The translations under genes and the position numbers were made by a program. DNA of 64,000 bases, taken from contig MU057640.1 in assembly GCA_013265495.1 (NCBI GenBank), positions 1,947,405 to 2,011,404 on the forward strand, given 5' to 3'. Positions 28,260 through 42,500 of the stretch are shown here, piece after piece. The stretch comes from Vicugna vicugna. Lineage: Eukaryota. Below the pieces are notes generated by a model, which saw only the letters and a program-made list of their open reading frames with translations, was not told where the DNA came from and did no database searches. The first letter of the stretch is position 1. Each line of letters starts with the position of its first letter.

Positions 28260-29370
28260 GCTTGTTATTATTTTTTATTTCATTTTTAGAGGTTTAATAG
28301 ATGATACCTTCACGTAGTTGAATATGCAAAAGAACCAAAACTAAAGGATATATGGTGAAACATCCTTTCTACTGCTGACTCCAGCCATACAGAAATATTT
28401 CATGTTTATACAAGGAAAAAACTCTATACACACACACACATATATACTCTCTCTCTTTGTACACAAATTATAGCATGCTATACACTCTGTTCTACACCTT
28501 GCTTTTTTTGCCTAACAATAGATAGGAGATTATTATATCAGCACATAAAAAGTTTCATCATTCTTTTTTTCGCTGCATTGTATGATACTGTGTGAACGTG
28601 CCACAATTAATTTAATGCATATGGATGGGCATTTAGGTAGCTAATAATGTTTTGCTTTTAACTCATGGCTATAATGGGTAATATTGCATATATTTCATCT
28701 TGTACATTTGGAGAATATCTAAAGCCTCAATTTGTAGACATGGAGTTAATGCCAATTGCTCTAGCTAGCTGTTTCACCACCTTACACCGCTACTAGCGGG
28801 GTATGAAAATGCCTGGTTCAGAACCCCCACATCACAGAGCATGGTATCAGACTTTCGGGTCTTTGCTAATTTGACCACTGAAAATTGGTATCTCAGTACA
28901 ATTTAAATTTCTTGTATTGTGAGTGAGGCTGAACCATTTTCATGTGCCTGGGGTCCATTTGTGCTTTCTCTTCCAGGCCCTGCTTGATCATATTCTTTGC
29001 CCATTTTTTCTATCACACCGTTGGTCTTCTCCTTTCTGATTTGTCGGAGCGCGTATGTTAAGGGAAATTAGTCTTTGGCTATAACAGAGCCGCAGATATT
29101 TCCATCCAGGTTGTTACTTGTCTTTCAACTTTGCTTAGGGCTTTTCTATGCGGAAAATTTTAATTTTATGAGATTGAATATATAATCTTTTCTGTCATGG
29201 TTCTGGATTTAATGTTACAATGAGAAGGGCCTTCCCCACTCTAAGATGAATAACTGCCTTTTAGCTTCTTCTAAAAGAGAAAATGGTTTCAGTTTAGACT
29301 TCAAATATCATATCTGCTTTGAACTTATCCTAGTCCGATGTGAGGAATAAATCCAACTTTGACTTTTTTT
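28260..29370 (-). mobile_element. Old L1 (L1ME-like) fragment
   Basis: T-rich reverse L1 motifs (ATGGATGGGCATTTAGGT; TTCTTTGCCCATTTTTTCTAT). Confidence 0.75.
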
Positions 29371-30349
29371 TCCCCATTTGATTGACTTTAACTTTATGCT
29401 GTTTCATAAAGATACCCCTTTTTGCTTTGTGACACTCAAGGTGCTGTCAATATTCTCTATAAATGTTTAAAAATCTAAGTTTTCATTGACTTTAATTAGC
29501 AGAACAGTAGCTCCCGGAGTTTCTGTAACTCATCGTGGGCCACGACATATTTTGGAGGCTGGGGAGATGATGGGACGAAAAGTCTTGATATCATACAAAG
29601 AATAATGCTTGTTGCACTTCCATCATCACTGCTGTTTGGAAATGTGCTTACTCAGGACATGTACTCACAACATAAATAATTAAAAGCAATGAAGTATGAC
29701 TTAGGGGTTTAAGTCACCTAAATCTGGCATATTGAATGTTCTACTTAATAATGTGGGCCCTTTTTAGACATGGCGTGATTAATCTCCTGTAGGATCGGGG
29801 CAGGCAGCTGACTCCTGTGTGCATCCAAGACGCTGCTGAGGCCCTCGAATCTTAATCAAGAGGCCGTGCACCCCGGGGTCTGAAAGCCCCTCAAGGCTAC
29901 CCACAGAGTGGGGAACCCAGCAGCAAAGATAGAACAGAGACACATCTTTGTTCCTTCAGCTGTGGATTTTCGCGGTGAGGCTGGTCAAATCCAGATACCC
30001 AGGGACACTGTGCACTTACTCTCTTCCACTGCAAGGAGAATGCAATGTGCATTGTGATTCTCTAGCAGGACAGAAACTAACATCTATCCACAGCAACAGT
30101 GTCATGGTCACTGCTGAGTAAACATCATTTGACAAGTGTAAAGAGCCTTCTGCTGTAGCACTGTCACATCGCATTACAGTTATTTGTTTACTTCTCCGTC
30201 TTCCCCAGGAGACTGGGCACTGTCTAAGGGCAGAAGCTCTTTGTCTTCTTTGAATGCCTGTAGTTTGGTCCACTCATCCCTCTCTATAGGAATGCACTTA
30301 TTACATGCTCCCTGTCTTATGCGGACAGTCTGCTTATGTACCCCACTCT

Positions 30350-30600
30350 CTAATACTCACCAGTTCTTGAGTAGCTTCCGTGTGTCAGCCACTGAACCAA
30401 AGCACTTCGCATGGATTACCTTTTTATTTCTCACAGTAGCTCTATAAGATTGTTACTGTTATTTTCCCCATTGTAATAATGAGGAAACTAAGGGACAGAG
30501 AGGTTAAGTAACTTGCCCAAAGTCACACAGACAAAAAATATTGGATCCAAGATTCAAATCCCTAATGGTCTAACTCCAGTGCCCACTAATCTTAATAGCT
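30350..30600 (-). mobile_element. MIR SINE
   Basis: ATGAGGAAACTAAGGGACAGAGAGGTTAAGTAACTTGCCCAAAGTCACACAG. Confidence 0.85.
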
Positions 30601-31387
30601 ACATCCCATTGTTTCTCCCCAGTCTGTTGGGGGAAAAAGAATTCTATGTGAAACAGTACTTACACTTTGGCCTTTCAGAACAGTGTGGGATATGGGTTTT
30701 TAGTGGTTGCTGTTTTTCGTCCAGGAAAATATTCTGATGTTCCTTCTTGAGTAATCCCACTCCCACCCTACCCAGGGCAAGAGAAGAAAAGAATGAAACA
30801 AAGAAGGCCAAATTGCTTTGTATAAGAAAGAAATAGGAATTTGTGAGTTTTTAGCTGGCAGCTCAACAGACAGCATAAGGCACCTGAAAGAGATGTGTAA
30901 GACATGAGAGAGTGACAAATAGATGGGGTTAGTGAAACCCTATGTAAGATCGTGGCCAGTGAACCATCAGCAATAGTTGGCAGCCCGCAGTAAGCACATG
31001 TAGGAGGTGTTTTGGCAGGATTTGCAATGAGGGAGAAAGAAGAATGGTCCTAGGATGGGACGGAGGGAGGAGGTGAGTAGAAGACACAGGAGTTGAAAGC
31101 AACATCTGGAAACAGGCAGTAGCAGTGAAAAAAGTGAAGAGCATCTACGGACCGCTGCTAAAACGAAAGTCACCCAGGAACCCACAGGAAATGTTGGGAG
31201 TGACTTTCCACCTATAAGCTAGGCGCTTGAACAAAACTGACTCTCAAAACCTAGAGGACGCAGAGATGGCTCGGTTATAGTAACAAACATTCCCCACTTC
31301 TACAATTGAAACTGGTTGTTGTTTGCTCAGCTGCATCAGGTAAAAATTTCTACCAACATGTTTATCCTTTCAGTGTCAGTGGAGATC

Positions 31388-31590
31388 AGGATTTCAGCCT
31401 CAGCTCTGTTGACATTTTGGGATGAATAATCTTTTGCTGGGACGGAGGTGCTGTCTTGTGCATTGTAAGATGTTTAGCGGCATCTCTGGATGCCAGAAGC
31501 AGTGGCAAACCAGCCCCCTCCATCACAACAATAAAAACGTCTCCAGATATTTCCAAGTGTCATGAGGGGGAACAAAAATCACAACAGCAT
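31388..31590 (+). mobile_element. MER20
   Basis: TGTTGACATTTTGGG...GTGCATTGTAAGATGTTTAGCGGCATC...GTCTCCAGATATT. Confidence 0.8.
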
Positions 31591-33942
31591 TTTGTGTAAA
31601 AATGGCTCCCAAACACACTTTGAGTATTTCTGCTATGTCACACTAAGTGGTGCAGTTACTGAACATCTGCAGAGTGGCCAGGAGTGATGCTGCAGCCTGT
31701 TCTCAGGTCTTCAAGAATATTTATATTGTATTTATGTAATAACAGTGATTTCAGTTTTTTATAGCCCATATTACAAAGTGATAATTGCCATTAATAGAAT
31801 ACTGTCATTTTGACATTATGTACAAATAAAAATTGAGTTAGTTATATGAGTTTCCCGGTAGACAAAAGTCCGTGACATCGGTATATGTGACGGATGGGTT
31901 CCCAGCCTTGACCCAGAGTAGTGGCTCTGGCTCCAAGGAACTGAACCATGTTTGGCCAGAGTCAGATCTGCTGGGCAGGCTGCATGATGAGCCACAGTCA
32001 TTCTCCACCTGTGTCTCTGGGAGATCGTCAAGCTGGATGACAGTCACACAAGCACCACACTCTAATGGGAGAACTCAGATTCAAACTTTAGTGAAAATTA
32101 GTATTTTGTAGGGAAGTGAAGCAGGGCAATAACTTACAATCATGACAACTATTATTGCCTCCACCAGCCATGGTCTTTCAGTGCCATGGCACAGATAAAA
32201 CTGATACGGGTGATTCCCCAGGGAGCTTGCTGCCATTTGACTCATTCTTCCCAAGCCAAAAGCACATTCAAATACCAGAAAGTGGGAGAGACATTACGTA
32301 CCCTGATTTATGAGTCCAAAATGTATCATCATTGTACCTGAAACTAATATACTGTTATATTACCAATTTTACCTCAATGTATAAGTAAATAAATTAAATG
32401 TATCACCACCAAATCTAATTTTTTTTTGTTAGTGACAAATATTGTGTGATGCACATCACAACTGATTGCCACATGGTGGACTAGAACCTCTGATTTCTTC
32501 GGAGGGATGTGGGATTGTGATTCAGAGAGACTGGGTTCATTTCTGGCTTGCAACTCACTGAATGTTGTTTAAGAAAGTGACTCTCTTTCCTCATCTGTAG
32601 AATGCATGATAAAATAACCTCTTTTTCTCAGGCTTGTTGAGAGGATTAAATGAGGTTTAAAACAATCTGCTATAAATTGCTGAACAAGTGTCAATCATTG
32701 TCATTAAACCTCCCACTGCCACAAGCACCTTGCACAGCTCACCCAGTTTAACTTTGTAGGGTGTCTGGCTTTTTTCTGCTGCAAGCCCGTAGGAAAAGCC
32801 TTCTTGGTGGAGTGATACATACGTTACTTTCTTAAGGTGAAAAAGTAATTTCTCTACATTGGGGCAAGTCGAAATACTCATCCAACCCAAATGTCAGCTT
32901 GAGCAGCTGCTAGCGGGAGGGATTTATCCCTGCTCCTATTTCTCACTGCTCCTGTGGAGTAAAAACAGCAGCTGAGAGCCAGGATTCTCCGTCTGCATTA
33001 TATGCTAGGCCAGTATCCTGGGACCTGACATTAACAATCAGGAATTTCTTAAGCAGCAGCAGACTGGGAAAGGCAACTGTCAAGTGCTAAAGAAATCTGT
33101 TAAAACTCATACATTTTTACAGTAAAAGTCACGAAGGTAGACAAATATGCTGAGTTGACTCATACTCCTCAATATAGAGCAGTCATCTTGACGGTGACAC
33201 TCATCCTGACGATGCTAAACAGGTGACCTATTCTGTCACTGGTGGGATCCAGAGCGGTTGGAACACAATGTGTCTCATTATGTCATCTGGGGGCCGGGGA
33301 GGGGGATTGTCGACTAAGGCTCTAAGATCCCAAGGGTTTTAATTAATAGGAACAATTGATTCGATCACAGTCATTATATAAATGGAAAGGAAACAAAGAA
33401 TCAGAGTGATGAGGGTGGGGAGCACAGCAGGAAGCACAGAAGAAAATGCCCTGCAGGCTTGCGATTGGCACCTTGCAAGTCAAGGCTGGATCAGCTAAGA
33501 GGCTGAAGCCGACTGTTACCAACAGACACCGAGGCAGGCTGGGAGCTCCCTCCACTGTCATTCTCATCACACTCTCTTATCAAGTGAACTCCACTTCCGT
33601 TCTTTATCTTCTCCTTTCAAAGTGCTCACCAGCTGTTCCACTGGTGCCTGCCCTTGCAGGAATGAGAGGCTCAGAGATTCTTACTTGGGTAGGAACAGGA
33701 TGAGGAAGGTATCTCAGGGTATCTCTTATTCTCTTCTCTCCACCCTCATGAACATCTCCCACTCCCAATGCCCAGAATCTCTTTGCTTAACAAATTCAAA
33801 CCATTCCTCCAAGGCTCACTAGTTCTACGAAAACTTCCTCGACTTCCCCAGCACATATCAATTTTTTCTTTTTTGGTAACACCTATAATTTGTATATAAT
33901 GCAGTTAGTGGACACACAGACATATTTTTCTCTGTTGCATGT

Positions 33943-34438
33943 TGTTACCGAGTCCAAGCTTGTACTGCTTACTACACAACAGGTCGATCAAGAGACGAGT
34001 TGCTGGGGCGAGGATTCGTGACTTTATTCAGAAAGCCAGCAGACTGAGAAAATGGTGGACTAGTGTCCCAAAGAAACATTTCACCCGAGTCATAATTCAG
34101 GCTTCTTTTACAGTAAAAAGGGAGGGAGTAAAGTCAAACATTTCCTGATTCCAGTCAGCCTCCAGAGAGGAGCTGTTAATTTCTTCCTGCCTGCAGTCAC
34201 TCACAGGTGGGCCTGGTCAGATGTTTCTGGTGAGCTAAACAAAAGTATTTTAGCTTGACACTCATTCCCTGGGAGGGAGGGTTCCCAGAGACGGGCTATT
34301 ATGTATAATTTAAGCTTATAAGCAACACCCCTTTAGTGATTAACTTGTGGCAAAAGCAATAGAATACAAAGGGTAAAGTAAAAAAAAAAAAAAGCCAACA
34401 GATCCAATATGGAGTCAGATTTGTTCTTCCCTATTATA
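33943..34438 (-). mobile_element. ERV1-class solo LTR (MER34-like)
   Basis: Minus strand ends GCTTGGACTCGGTAACA with an upstream AATAAA; perfect 4-bp TSD ATGT (33939-33942, 34439-34442), typical of class I ERVs. Confidence 0.85.
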
Positions 34439-35027
34439 ATGTGTGTTGACCTTTTCTTCCCAAATAGATTATAAACCCCTGAGGACAGGAACCATGTCTT
34501 AAACTTCTTGAAATTGCACGCCTAATTCTATTATTTGTCAGTTAGCCCAGTATCTCTATGGTCTGGGAGATTTTCTTTTCCCTGATTCTAGTCTCATGCC
34601 TGAGGAGCGAGTCCTAGCAGCCTGTATCTGGGTCTCTTTTTGGTGACCCTTGTTTTATCCCATTTGTTCTGGATGGGGTGCTGGGCTCTTGCTCCCGTCA
34701 GTCCCCCTAAGGACCCAAATCCTGCCTCTGAACTGTGCCTTCCAAGGTGCGGTTCCTGCAGCGCACTGTCCACAGCAGCTAAATTGGATTTCAGGCTGCC
34801 TGGTCCTCTCTACTGTGTGCGTTGTGCTACCTCTAGTTCATCTCTTCCCCTTCCTGGCACTGACTGGCCCGCTGGCTTCTCGGTCTGACTCTCTCTGCCA
34901 AGACCTTCTGGGAACGCCTGCCTTGCTCCAAGGTTTCTGGCTGTTCTCTTAGTCCTTTCCACTCTGCCATCAATTGAGCTATCATTCTGAGAATGAAAAA
35001 AAAATTCACCTCAAAGTTAAGAGACAA

Positions 35028-35075
35028 ACACACGTGTGCACGTGTGCACGTGCGCACACACACACGCGCGCGCGC
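35028..35075. repeat. 48-bp alternating purine-pyrimidine tract with three CACGTG
   Basis: Read directly. Confidence 0.9.
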
Positions 35076-36694
35076 CAATACTCACAAATTCATTTATCAG
35101 TTGAGAAGATTTCCACTACCTCCCTAAATTTATACTCTTACTTCATGGGCATTTATCCTCATTTCTAAGTCTGCCAATGTCCAGCTTGAAATTTTCTTTA
35201 AATCAAAGGGGCCCTTAGGGATCATTTACCCCAACTCTCTGATTTTATTCCTAGTCTCTGTTTTACTACCCTACGTTTATGCTTCTATATATTTAGAAGC
35301 CAGTGGCATAGGACTCCGCTAATGATAACTTCAGCGAGGAATTCTCCCTGTCTGTCGGCAAATTGCCACGGGGGCTAGGAGACTTCATAGAAGGTCTCAA
35401 CTTGGTAATGAGTTACCATCAAAATGCGTTTATCTGTTGCTGAGATGAGATCATTTCCTTCTCAGCCCCAGAAAGGAGACACACACACAAGCTCACACTC
35501 CCAGTGTGATCAGCCAGCTTTCTGCCCGGAACAATCAAAATACCTCCCAGCTGGAACGACAGCATCATTTTATCGACGCTGAAGCAGGAGAGTGATAAAG
35601 CAGGTCTCAGCAGGCGCAGCAGAAATGCACTGCTTTTATGATTCATATTTCAAAAACAACACCATGAGGTCAAAAATGCAAAGCAGAGCTTGTTACATGT
35701 TGGCAAAAATGTAGTTAAGGGCAGTCCCCTCAGCCATGCCTTCCGAGCTCTGGAGGAAGGGACACCACTACCAGTTCCACCCGCCTCCCCGCCCACCACT
35801 CAGAGGTTGCCATAGACACTTGGATTTTCCCGCAGTCGTTCCCACACTGTGCTCTCTGCTGTGAGTGGGCTAAGAAAATTGCGGTGTTTCCTACGTGGTG
35901 TTCTTGCTATAGCTTTGGAGGTACCAAGGAGGATTGTGGTAGAAACAGCATCACTCGGATTATATCCTGCCTGGCCCCACCTCTTGGCCACACTCTCAGG
36001 ACCTAGAATCCACAGGGTGTGCTTTGCTTGGAGAGGGAACTCTCCCCACTGCAGAAGACCCCTGGCATTTCCCTCCCCAACCCAGGTTTCTAGCAGCTCA
36101 CCTCCCACTTGTCTTCTCTTAGACCTAAGCAAGGAAAACAGCGCTGGGTTAACGTTTTATGAGCCGTGTGACTGTAGGATAATGCCACTGGCAGGAAAAC
36201 AGGATAGGGTTCAGAAAAGGCAGGCTTGAATCCTGGGACTTCAGTCAGATCTTTGACGTCAAGAGTGTTGCAAACCATCCTTTAAAATGCAGGCACTAAT
36301 GTTTCATCAGGTCATGTCATCTATGAAGACTCAGAGTTCCTTGAGAAGAAGCCGCTGCCTTCACGTAAATGTTGCTCTCTGTCTGGGGACTTATTCCTGG
36401 ACAGTGATCATGAGTCAGCGAAAAATTCCTAATCATCTACCTAGCAGTTGCTGTTTTACACTTTGTTTATACCATGAACAGGAAAAGGGGCTTAGCTCAA
36501 TTTGCTGGAATCTCCCCCAAGACAGTTTGTTTCTATTTTGAATCCATTGTTGGTAAACTTTAATAGAAAAGGAGATGCTTATGACAAATGAGAAGTGAAA
36601 GCAGAAGTGAGGTAGTTTATATAGACTCAATTTCCATGACTCTAAAAATACAGAACAATCACCCTGGGGCTCAACCAGAAAACACAAAACCCTT

Positions 36695-37317
36695 TGTGAC
36701 AGGCAGACTTCTAAGCTGTTCCCCAAGGTCTCTGGCCCCTGTCCACTCAGCCTTGTCTTAGTTGTTCAAACACTAAGCTAGGTGCTGCTGTGAAGGAATT
36801 TTGCAGGTGTAATTAAGGTCCCAAATCAGCTGACTTTAAGATAGAGTGGTTGTCTGGGGCAGTCCTTATCACGTGGCCCTTTAAATCTGGATCTAGAGGT
36901 CAGAGGCAGAAAAAGTCCAAGAGATTTGAAGTCTGAGAAAGATTCAACAATAGGGAGCTGGCTTTGAATCCATTGCTGGCTTTGAAGATGGAAGGCTGGG
37001 TGACAAGAAAGGCATCGTCTCTACTAGGGTGGCTGAGAGTGGGCCCCTGGGTGACAGTTAACCAGAGAACGGGGACCTTAGTCTTCCAGCTGCAAGACAC
37101 TGAATTCTGTGACAACCCGAATGAGCTTGGACCAGACCCTTGAGCTCCAGATGAGAACACAGCGCAGATGACACCTTCATTCAGCTTCGTGAGAATCTGA
37201 GCCGAGTCATGCTCTTCCCTGATGCCTGACCCACAAAAACTGTGAAATAATAAATGGGTATTGTTTTAAGGTGCTTAGTGTGTGATAACTTGTTACTCAG
37301 CTTGGAAAATGAATACA
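36695..37317 (+). mobile_element. MaLR LTR (MLT1E-like)
   Basis: TGTGACAGGCAGACTTCTAAG start; CCACAAAAACTGTGAAATAATAAATGG...GAATACA end. Confidence 0.85.
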
Positions 37318-37409
37318 TACTCATAAATGGCTTAAAAGCTTATCTAAGACCAAAATCCAAACTCCTCAGGGGAGAAACCTACCAACCATTGTGAACCAAA
37401 TCTATCAGG

Positions 37410-37830
37410 CAAGTTCCTTGCTGCTCAAAGTCCTGTCTGTGGACAAGCAGCATACACAGAGCCTGGGAGCTGGTTAGAAATGTAGCCTCTTAGGCCCCAG
37501 CAAGATCTACAGAATCAAAATCTTCATCTTTACAAATCTCCTGTGACTCATATGCACACTAAAGTGTGAGAGGCACTGGTTAACATTCTAATTCAGAGCT
37601 GGAGTACTGGAATCAGCAAAACTTGAATTCCCAGCCTGGCTCAGGTTTACTAGCTGTGTGACCTTGGATAAGTTGGTTAACCTCTCTGAGCCTCTACTGA
37701 TTTATAAAATGGAGCAAACAATGGTAGCAACTTCATAGTGTTGTAGTGAGGCTTAAATGGGACACTGTGTAAAATGGGTTAGCCCACTGTCTGGCATGCA
37801 GTAAGGGCTGAATAAATGTTGGTTGTTATT
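37410..37830 (+). mobile_element. MER5A followed by MIR
   Basis: CTGCTCAAAGT...GAGCTGGTTAGAAATG; then ACTAGCTGTGTGACCTTGGATAAGTTGGTTAACCTCTCTGAGCCTC. Confidence 0.75.
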
Positions 37831-38559
37831 GGATTGGGCCCAAAGAGCTGGCTGAGTTCAGTGTAAAGGGGGAAAGCCATATTAGCCGGAAACAATGCAG
37901 GATCACTGCGGTGAACGTCCTCCTCTGATGAAATATGCTGTCACAGACTCCTCGGAGGCTGCAGAAGGTTGTGACCTTGGACTTCTATCCCAGTAAGCAT
38001 CCCCTGATACCAGGCTGGGTCAGTCATGCCTTTCCATCTTGACAACCATCTCTTGTAACCACCTGTGTCTCTCCTCCCCTTCCCTCCCCCATCTCCCCTG
38101 CCAGCATTAACCTATTAACCTCGCTGGGCTCCACCTCACTTAGCTAATGAGATCTGGCCAGAAACCATAGAGACGGTTGTCAAAACCCCCGAGCAGGTGG
38201 TATCCCTGGATGTCAATGACCGCTCACCCCACAGAAAAGATGAATGGACATGCCGGCCGCAGAGTACAAGCCACGCAGCTGGTTTAACAGAAATCTAAGG
38301 TTCTTTTTATTTTTGTTGGAGGGACTGATGACAACAATGACAACGGTGACAGCAGTACGGAGTACAAGAACAAATGAGCAAGCCGACAATTACAAATGGC
38401 CAGTATCTAAGTGAGAGAAGTCATTGGGGATCAGTTCTGGGGAGGCCAGGCTCCCCCTCCTGGCTTCTCTGTTCCTGGCAAACGCTCCTCTCACTTGCTG
38501 TACCTTCTCAGCCTGAGGAGAAGAAATCTCTATGGTTCAATAGAAATAATGAGGATGAC

Positions 38560-38800
38560 ATTGATAATAATAATAATAGCTCTCATTTGTTGAGTGCTCC
38601 AAGTGCCAAGCACTTTCCATGAATTATTTATTCTCATTATAACAACCCTGTGAGGTAGACATTATTATGTCCGTTTTTAGTCCAGGAAGCAGATGCTCAG
38701 AGAGGTTAAGTGGTTTGCCCATGTTTACACAGCAGATAAATAGTTGCCCTCGGATTCAAACCTGGGTCTGCTTGACTCTGAAGCCTGCGCTCTCTTCACA
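38560..38800 (-). mobile_element. MIR SINE
   Basis: AACAACCCTGTGAGGTAG...GCTCAGAGAGGTTAAGTGGTTTGCCC. Confidence 0.8.
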
Positions 38801-39209
38801 TTGTCTCTACAACACAGCTGCTGTCCTGACTCCTTGTTGAGGCTCCGGACTCTGCCTGAATCCTAGATGTGGGCCTTTGATGCTACTGCCCGGTCAGCTC
38901 CTGAATTGCCTTTCTTCGGTCCTCCCTAGCCATGCATCTCTTCTGGATCTCGTGTTCTCTACTCTGATGCTCCCGTCTGGCCCCTGGACACACACAGCAC
39001 TCACCTACTTCTCATTAGTCCATGTGGTTCTGATCCAGGGTTTCCTCATTTCACTGCTCCTAAGGGTGCTGGCTGGGCCTGACCAATGAGGGATGCCCCT
39101 AGGTGCTGGATAACTGTCCCTCCCTCTCCATTCCGCCTCCCAAGTAGTGTCTCCTATAACCTCAGTCCTGGCTCATGATTACAGAAGGGAGGTCCCTGGA
39201 TGTCCCAGG

Positions 39210-39570
39210 TGTTAAAGTAATTAAACAAAGAGGCCATTAAATTGATGTGCCTCCAGTGCCTTGGCAGCCTACATAAGAAAACCAAAAGCTAAGCCAGAAT
39301 CAACGCACTCATACTCTAGAAAATGAAATTTAAGAACAACCAATCACAAACAGCCAACTAGGTTCACTCAAATAAGGTAACTGCTTAAGCTATAGCCAAG
39401 CACATAATTTCCCTGTTTGCTTCCAGTTCCTCTCTATAGAAACCTCTCTCCAACCACCTGTGAGTCAAGTGCTCCTAACTGCCTTTGGTTTGGTGCTGCC
39501 TGATTGGAACCATGGTATGCTCAAATCCACTCAGAAGGATGTTAATGTGCTTCAGTTTACCTTTAAAGAA
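39210..39570 (+). mobile_element. ERV1-class solo LTR (LTR54-like)
   Basis: TGTTAAAGTAATTAAACAAAGAGGCCATTA start, CCAATC boxes, TTCAGTTTACCTTTAA end. Confidence 0.7.
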
Positions 39571-42500
39571 AAATCACTCTGCCTAGGTTCTGCTCTTTGC
39601 TCCTGCTAAGCTCCGTCTTGAATATTCTTTCTTTCAAAACCACGTTCTATTGCTCAGCTCATACCTGATTCGAAATCCATCCTACTGCTCACAGAATAAT
39701 ACCATGACCTGGAATCTTAGCCCTTTACCATCTGGCCTCAACGACCCTTTCAAGTTCCAACTCCATTTTCCAGCCACCCCTTCCCTGTCCATTCTCTGTT
39801 GATTTTCTGCTGAGCCTTTCCTTCTGCTCCACTCTGCCAGGAATCTTTATTCTCTGTGTACTGTTTCTGTATTATCCAAAATCTAACTCAAAATCCCTCC
39901 TTTCCACAAAAATGGCCCTAATCGCTGCCCTCCAGCAGGAAACAATATTTTCCTTTGGTTGACCGGCTGTGGCACTGTGTCTACACTTCTTCAGTGACAC
40001 CCAACAATTTTATACATTTTGCCATAGTTAATTGTATACATAATTTTTCTTACCTTTTAGACTGTAAGGTCTCTGAGAGCAGAGAGAATTTGATTTTTTT
40101 CCTTTTGGTAGCCTTACAATACCTAGGAAAATGGCTTGATAAATGCTTGCTCTAAATCTATTGATCCATCAGCCAGCTGGTGGATGGAGGGGTGGGTGGG
40201 GAGGTTGAAGGGAGATTGCAAGCATTAGGACTCTGCCTGGGATTTTCCAGCCAGGCCACCATGACAGTAGAAAGGCTGCACCTGTCAGGTGAGCAGGCCA
40301 TCATAATTATGGAAAAGGAAGAACAACTTGAACAAATGAACCATGCTGGGGGTGAAATCAGGCCATGAGGCCATGCATGCTCACCGTCTTTTTATGTTTA
40401 CCAGGCTGTATCAGTAGGATAATTTAAATATGAGTAATAGAAAACCAACTCAACTTCAAATTTGCTTCCATGGTAAAGAAACATATGGGCATGAATACAG
40501 GGAATCAGAGGCAGTGGTGGGGTTCAGGATTGGTGGGGCCAGTGGCTCTCTCCATTCCTCTGCTCTTCTGTCCCCAGGGCTGACTTTCCCCTAAAGCTTC
40601 TAGTAGTTATTGGGCTCACTGCCTCCTTTTTCAAACATTCTGCTAAATTCCTATGGCTTTCTTTTTCTTTTTGTCCTTTCTTTCTTTTTTCTCCCATTAT
40701 TAATAAGCTCATTTTCACTGTCCCTGAGATCTGTGGAACTCTGGATCCAGGCACAGTCAGCAGGGCTACTTGGTGCTTTCTATGTGTCTCTGTTTCCTGG
40801 AATCCTGTTTAGCATCTCCAGAAGGCTCAGCTTCTGAAGATGCTATTTCCAGGAAGGGTATGGTTCCAGGAAGGGTGAGAGAGATTTGGAGCCCAGGCTG
40901 ATGATATCAAGTACTCTCAATATATCTCTCTCTTCACCCTCTTCTGGCTCCAGAGAAATGAGACAGTTGCTAGAGATTAGTGTTACTCTGTCATTTCTGT
41001 ATCTTGAACACTTCCATCTCCAAGATCTTGTCCCTGGTTTTTTTCTTTGTTCCAAGGCCTCATCAAGTTCTCTTTTTTTCTGGACATAGAGTCTAGATCT
41101 TCAGTTTTGAAACCAAACTTGTGCTTGGCTCTGGAACCCCAATTTCTTTAGCAAACTGCTCCCTGGAATCAATCCCAGGGTAAGGGTTGTCCATAAATGC
41201 CTTGATGAGGGTGTGTGATGGAGAGGAAAAGTGGCTGGCATGACATTGTCTGTCTTCACTATTTTGAATCTTCTCTTCAGGGTGATCTTGGTCTTGGCTT
41301 GATTCTAAGCCCTCACCAGGTTCTGATCTTTTCTAGAATCAGTGCTTATTTCTTTCATTCTGAAACCAAATCTGAATTCCAGACTCTTCAGTGTTGATTT
41401 CTAAAGCAAGTCTTCATTTGGTACCATAAGCTGGGTAAGAGTTTGGGTTGAGTGTGTTGATGAGGATTTTCAATTGGTCTTCTGTAAATTTGGTGCGGCT
41501 GCATCCATACTTCATTGCTCTGGTCTTGTTTGGAGAGTTGTCTTGGGCCATGTTGGAAGGGAGTCATGAAGTCTAAGAATGCAACCTGGAGCCTATGGCT
41601 CTTTCTTAAGGGTAAGGAAACATATTTTCCAGAAGTGCCTGGAAAACCCCTCTTAGTGACTCATTGGCCCAAACTGGCCTCAGCCTGTCTACTCCAGACA
41701 TGTTCACTGGCAATGAGGATGGGGCTTAGACCACTCAGGGTCCACCCAGGAGCTGTGGTAGAACTTGTGATGGAGAGTCACTTGAAGACCCAATGCAGTA
41801 GACTGTTTTATGGGTACCACTCTCACTGAGGGTCTGCTCTTGTGACCCTATCATTTTAGACAAGCAGTAAACAATGGAAAACACATCATCCAAAAGATCT
41901 CATCGCTACAGATTTTACAATGTATCTGCTGGTCTAAGAGTCCTTCAATGCTTCTTGTGCAAATCTGTTGGGTTAGTCAGTAGGGTTTACTGAACATGTG
42001 TTGTTTAGAGAGTGTCACTCTAAGCACTGTGCAAAGTTAGAAAAAGAAAAGGAGAGAAAGCAGTGACTCTTTTTTTTTTTAAACAATAGAATGAATGTTA
42101 AGAGAAATAGTTCTGATTTAAGGGCAGTGTTACTTCTACTCGGTTATTTTCCAGAATGTGGAAACCACCTGAGTTCCTTCCTCCTTTCTTTGTCTTGTTA
42201 TTCAACTCTCCCTTTTCTTGTCACTATTCTCCTCTTCTCTTACTCTCTGCTCATTTCAGGAAAGCAATATAACAGATTAAGAGTGTGGAATCTGGAGTCA
42301 GACTTCCTGGGTAGGAAAGCTGGCTTTGAGCCCTAGCTATGACATTCTAGCCCATTACTTCTAAGCTTCTAATTTTTGTAGGTAAATTATATTTAATAAT
42401 TATACCTACCTTCTAGGATGGTACATGTTACAAAGGATTAATAAGGGTCAACTATTTTAGTTTTCTGTTTCATTCATTCTCTTTCCATTGTGCCACATTT

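Noticed and set aside
34265..34291. Tandem GAS/STAT-like half matches in the ERV1 LTR (TTCCCTGGGA, TTCCCAGAG)
   Set aside because: Neither fits TTCNNNGAA, so a STAT-responsive element is not supported.
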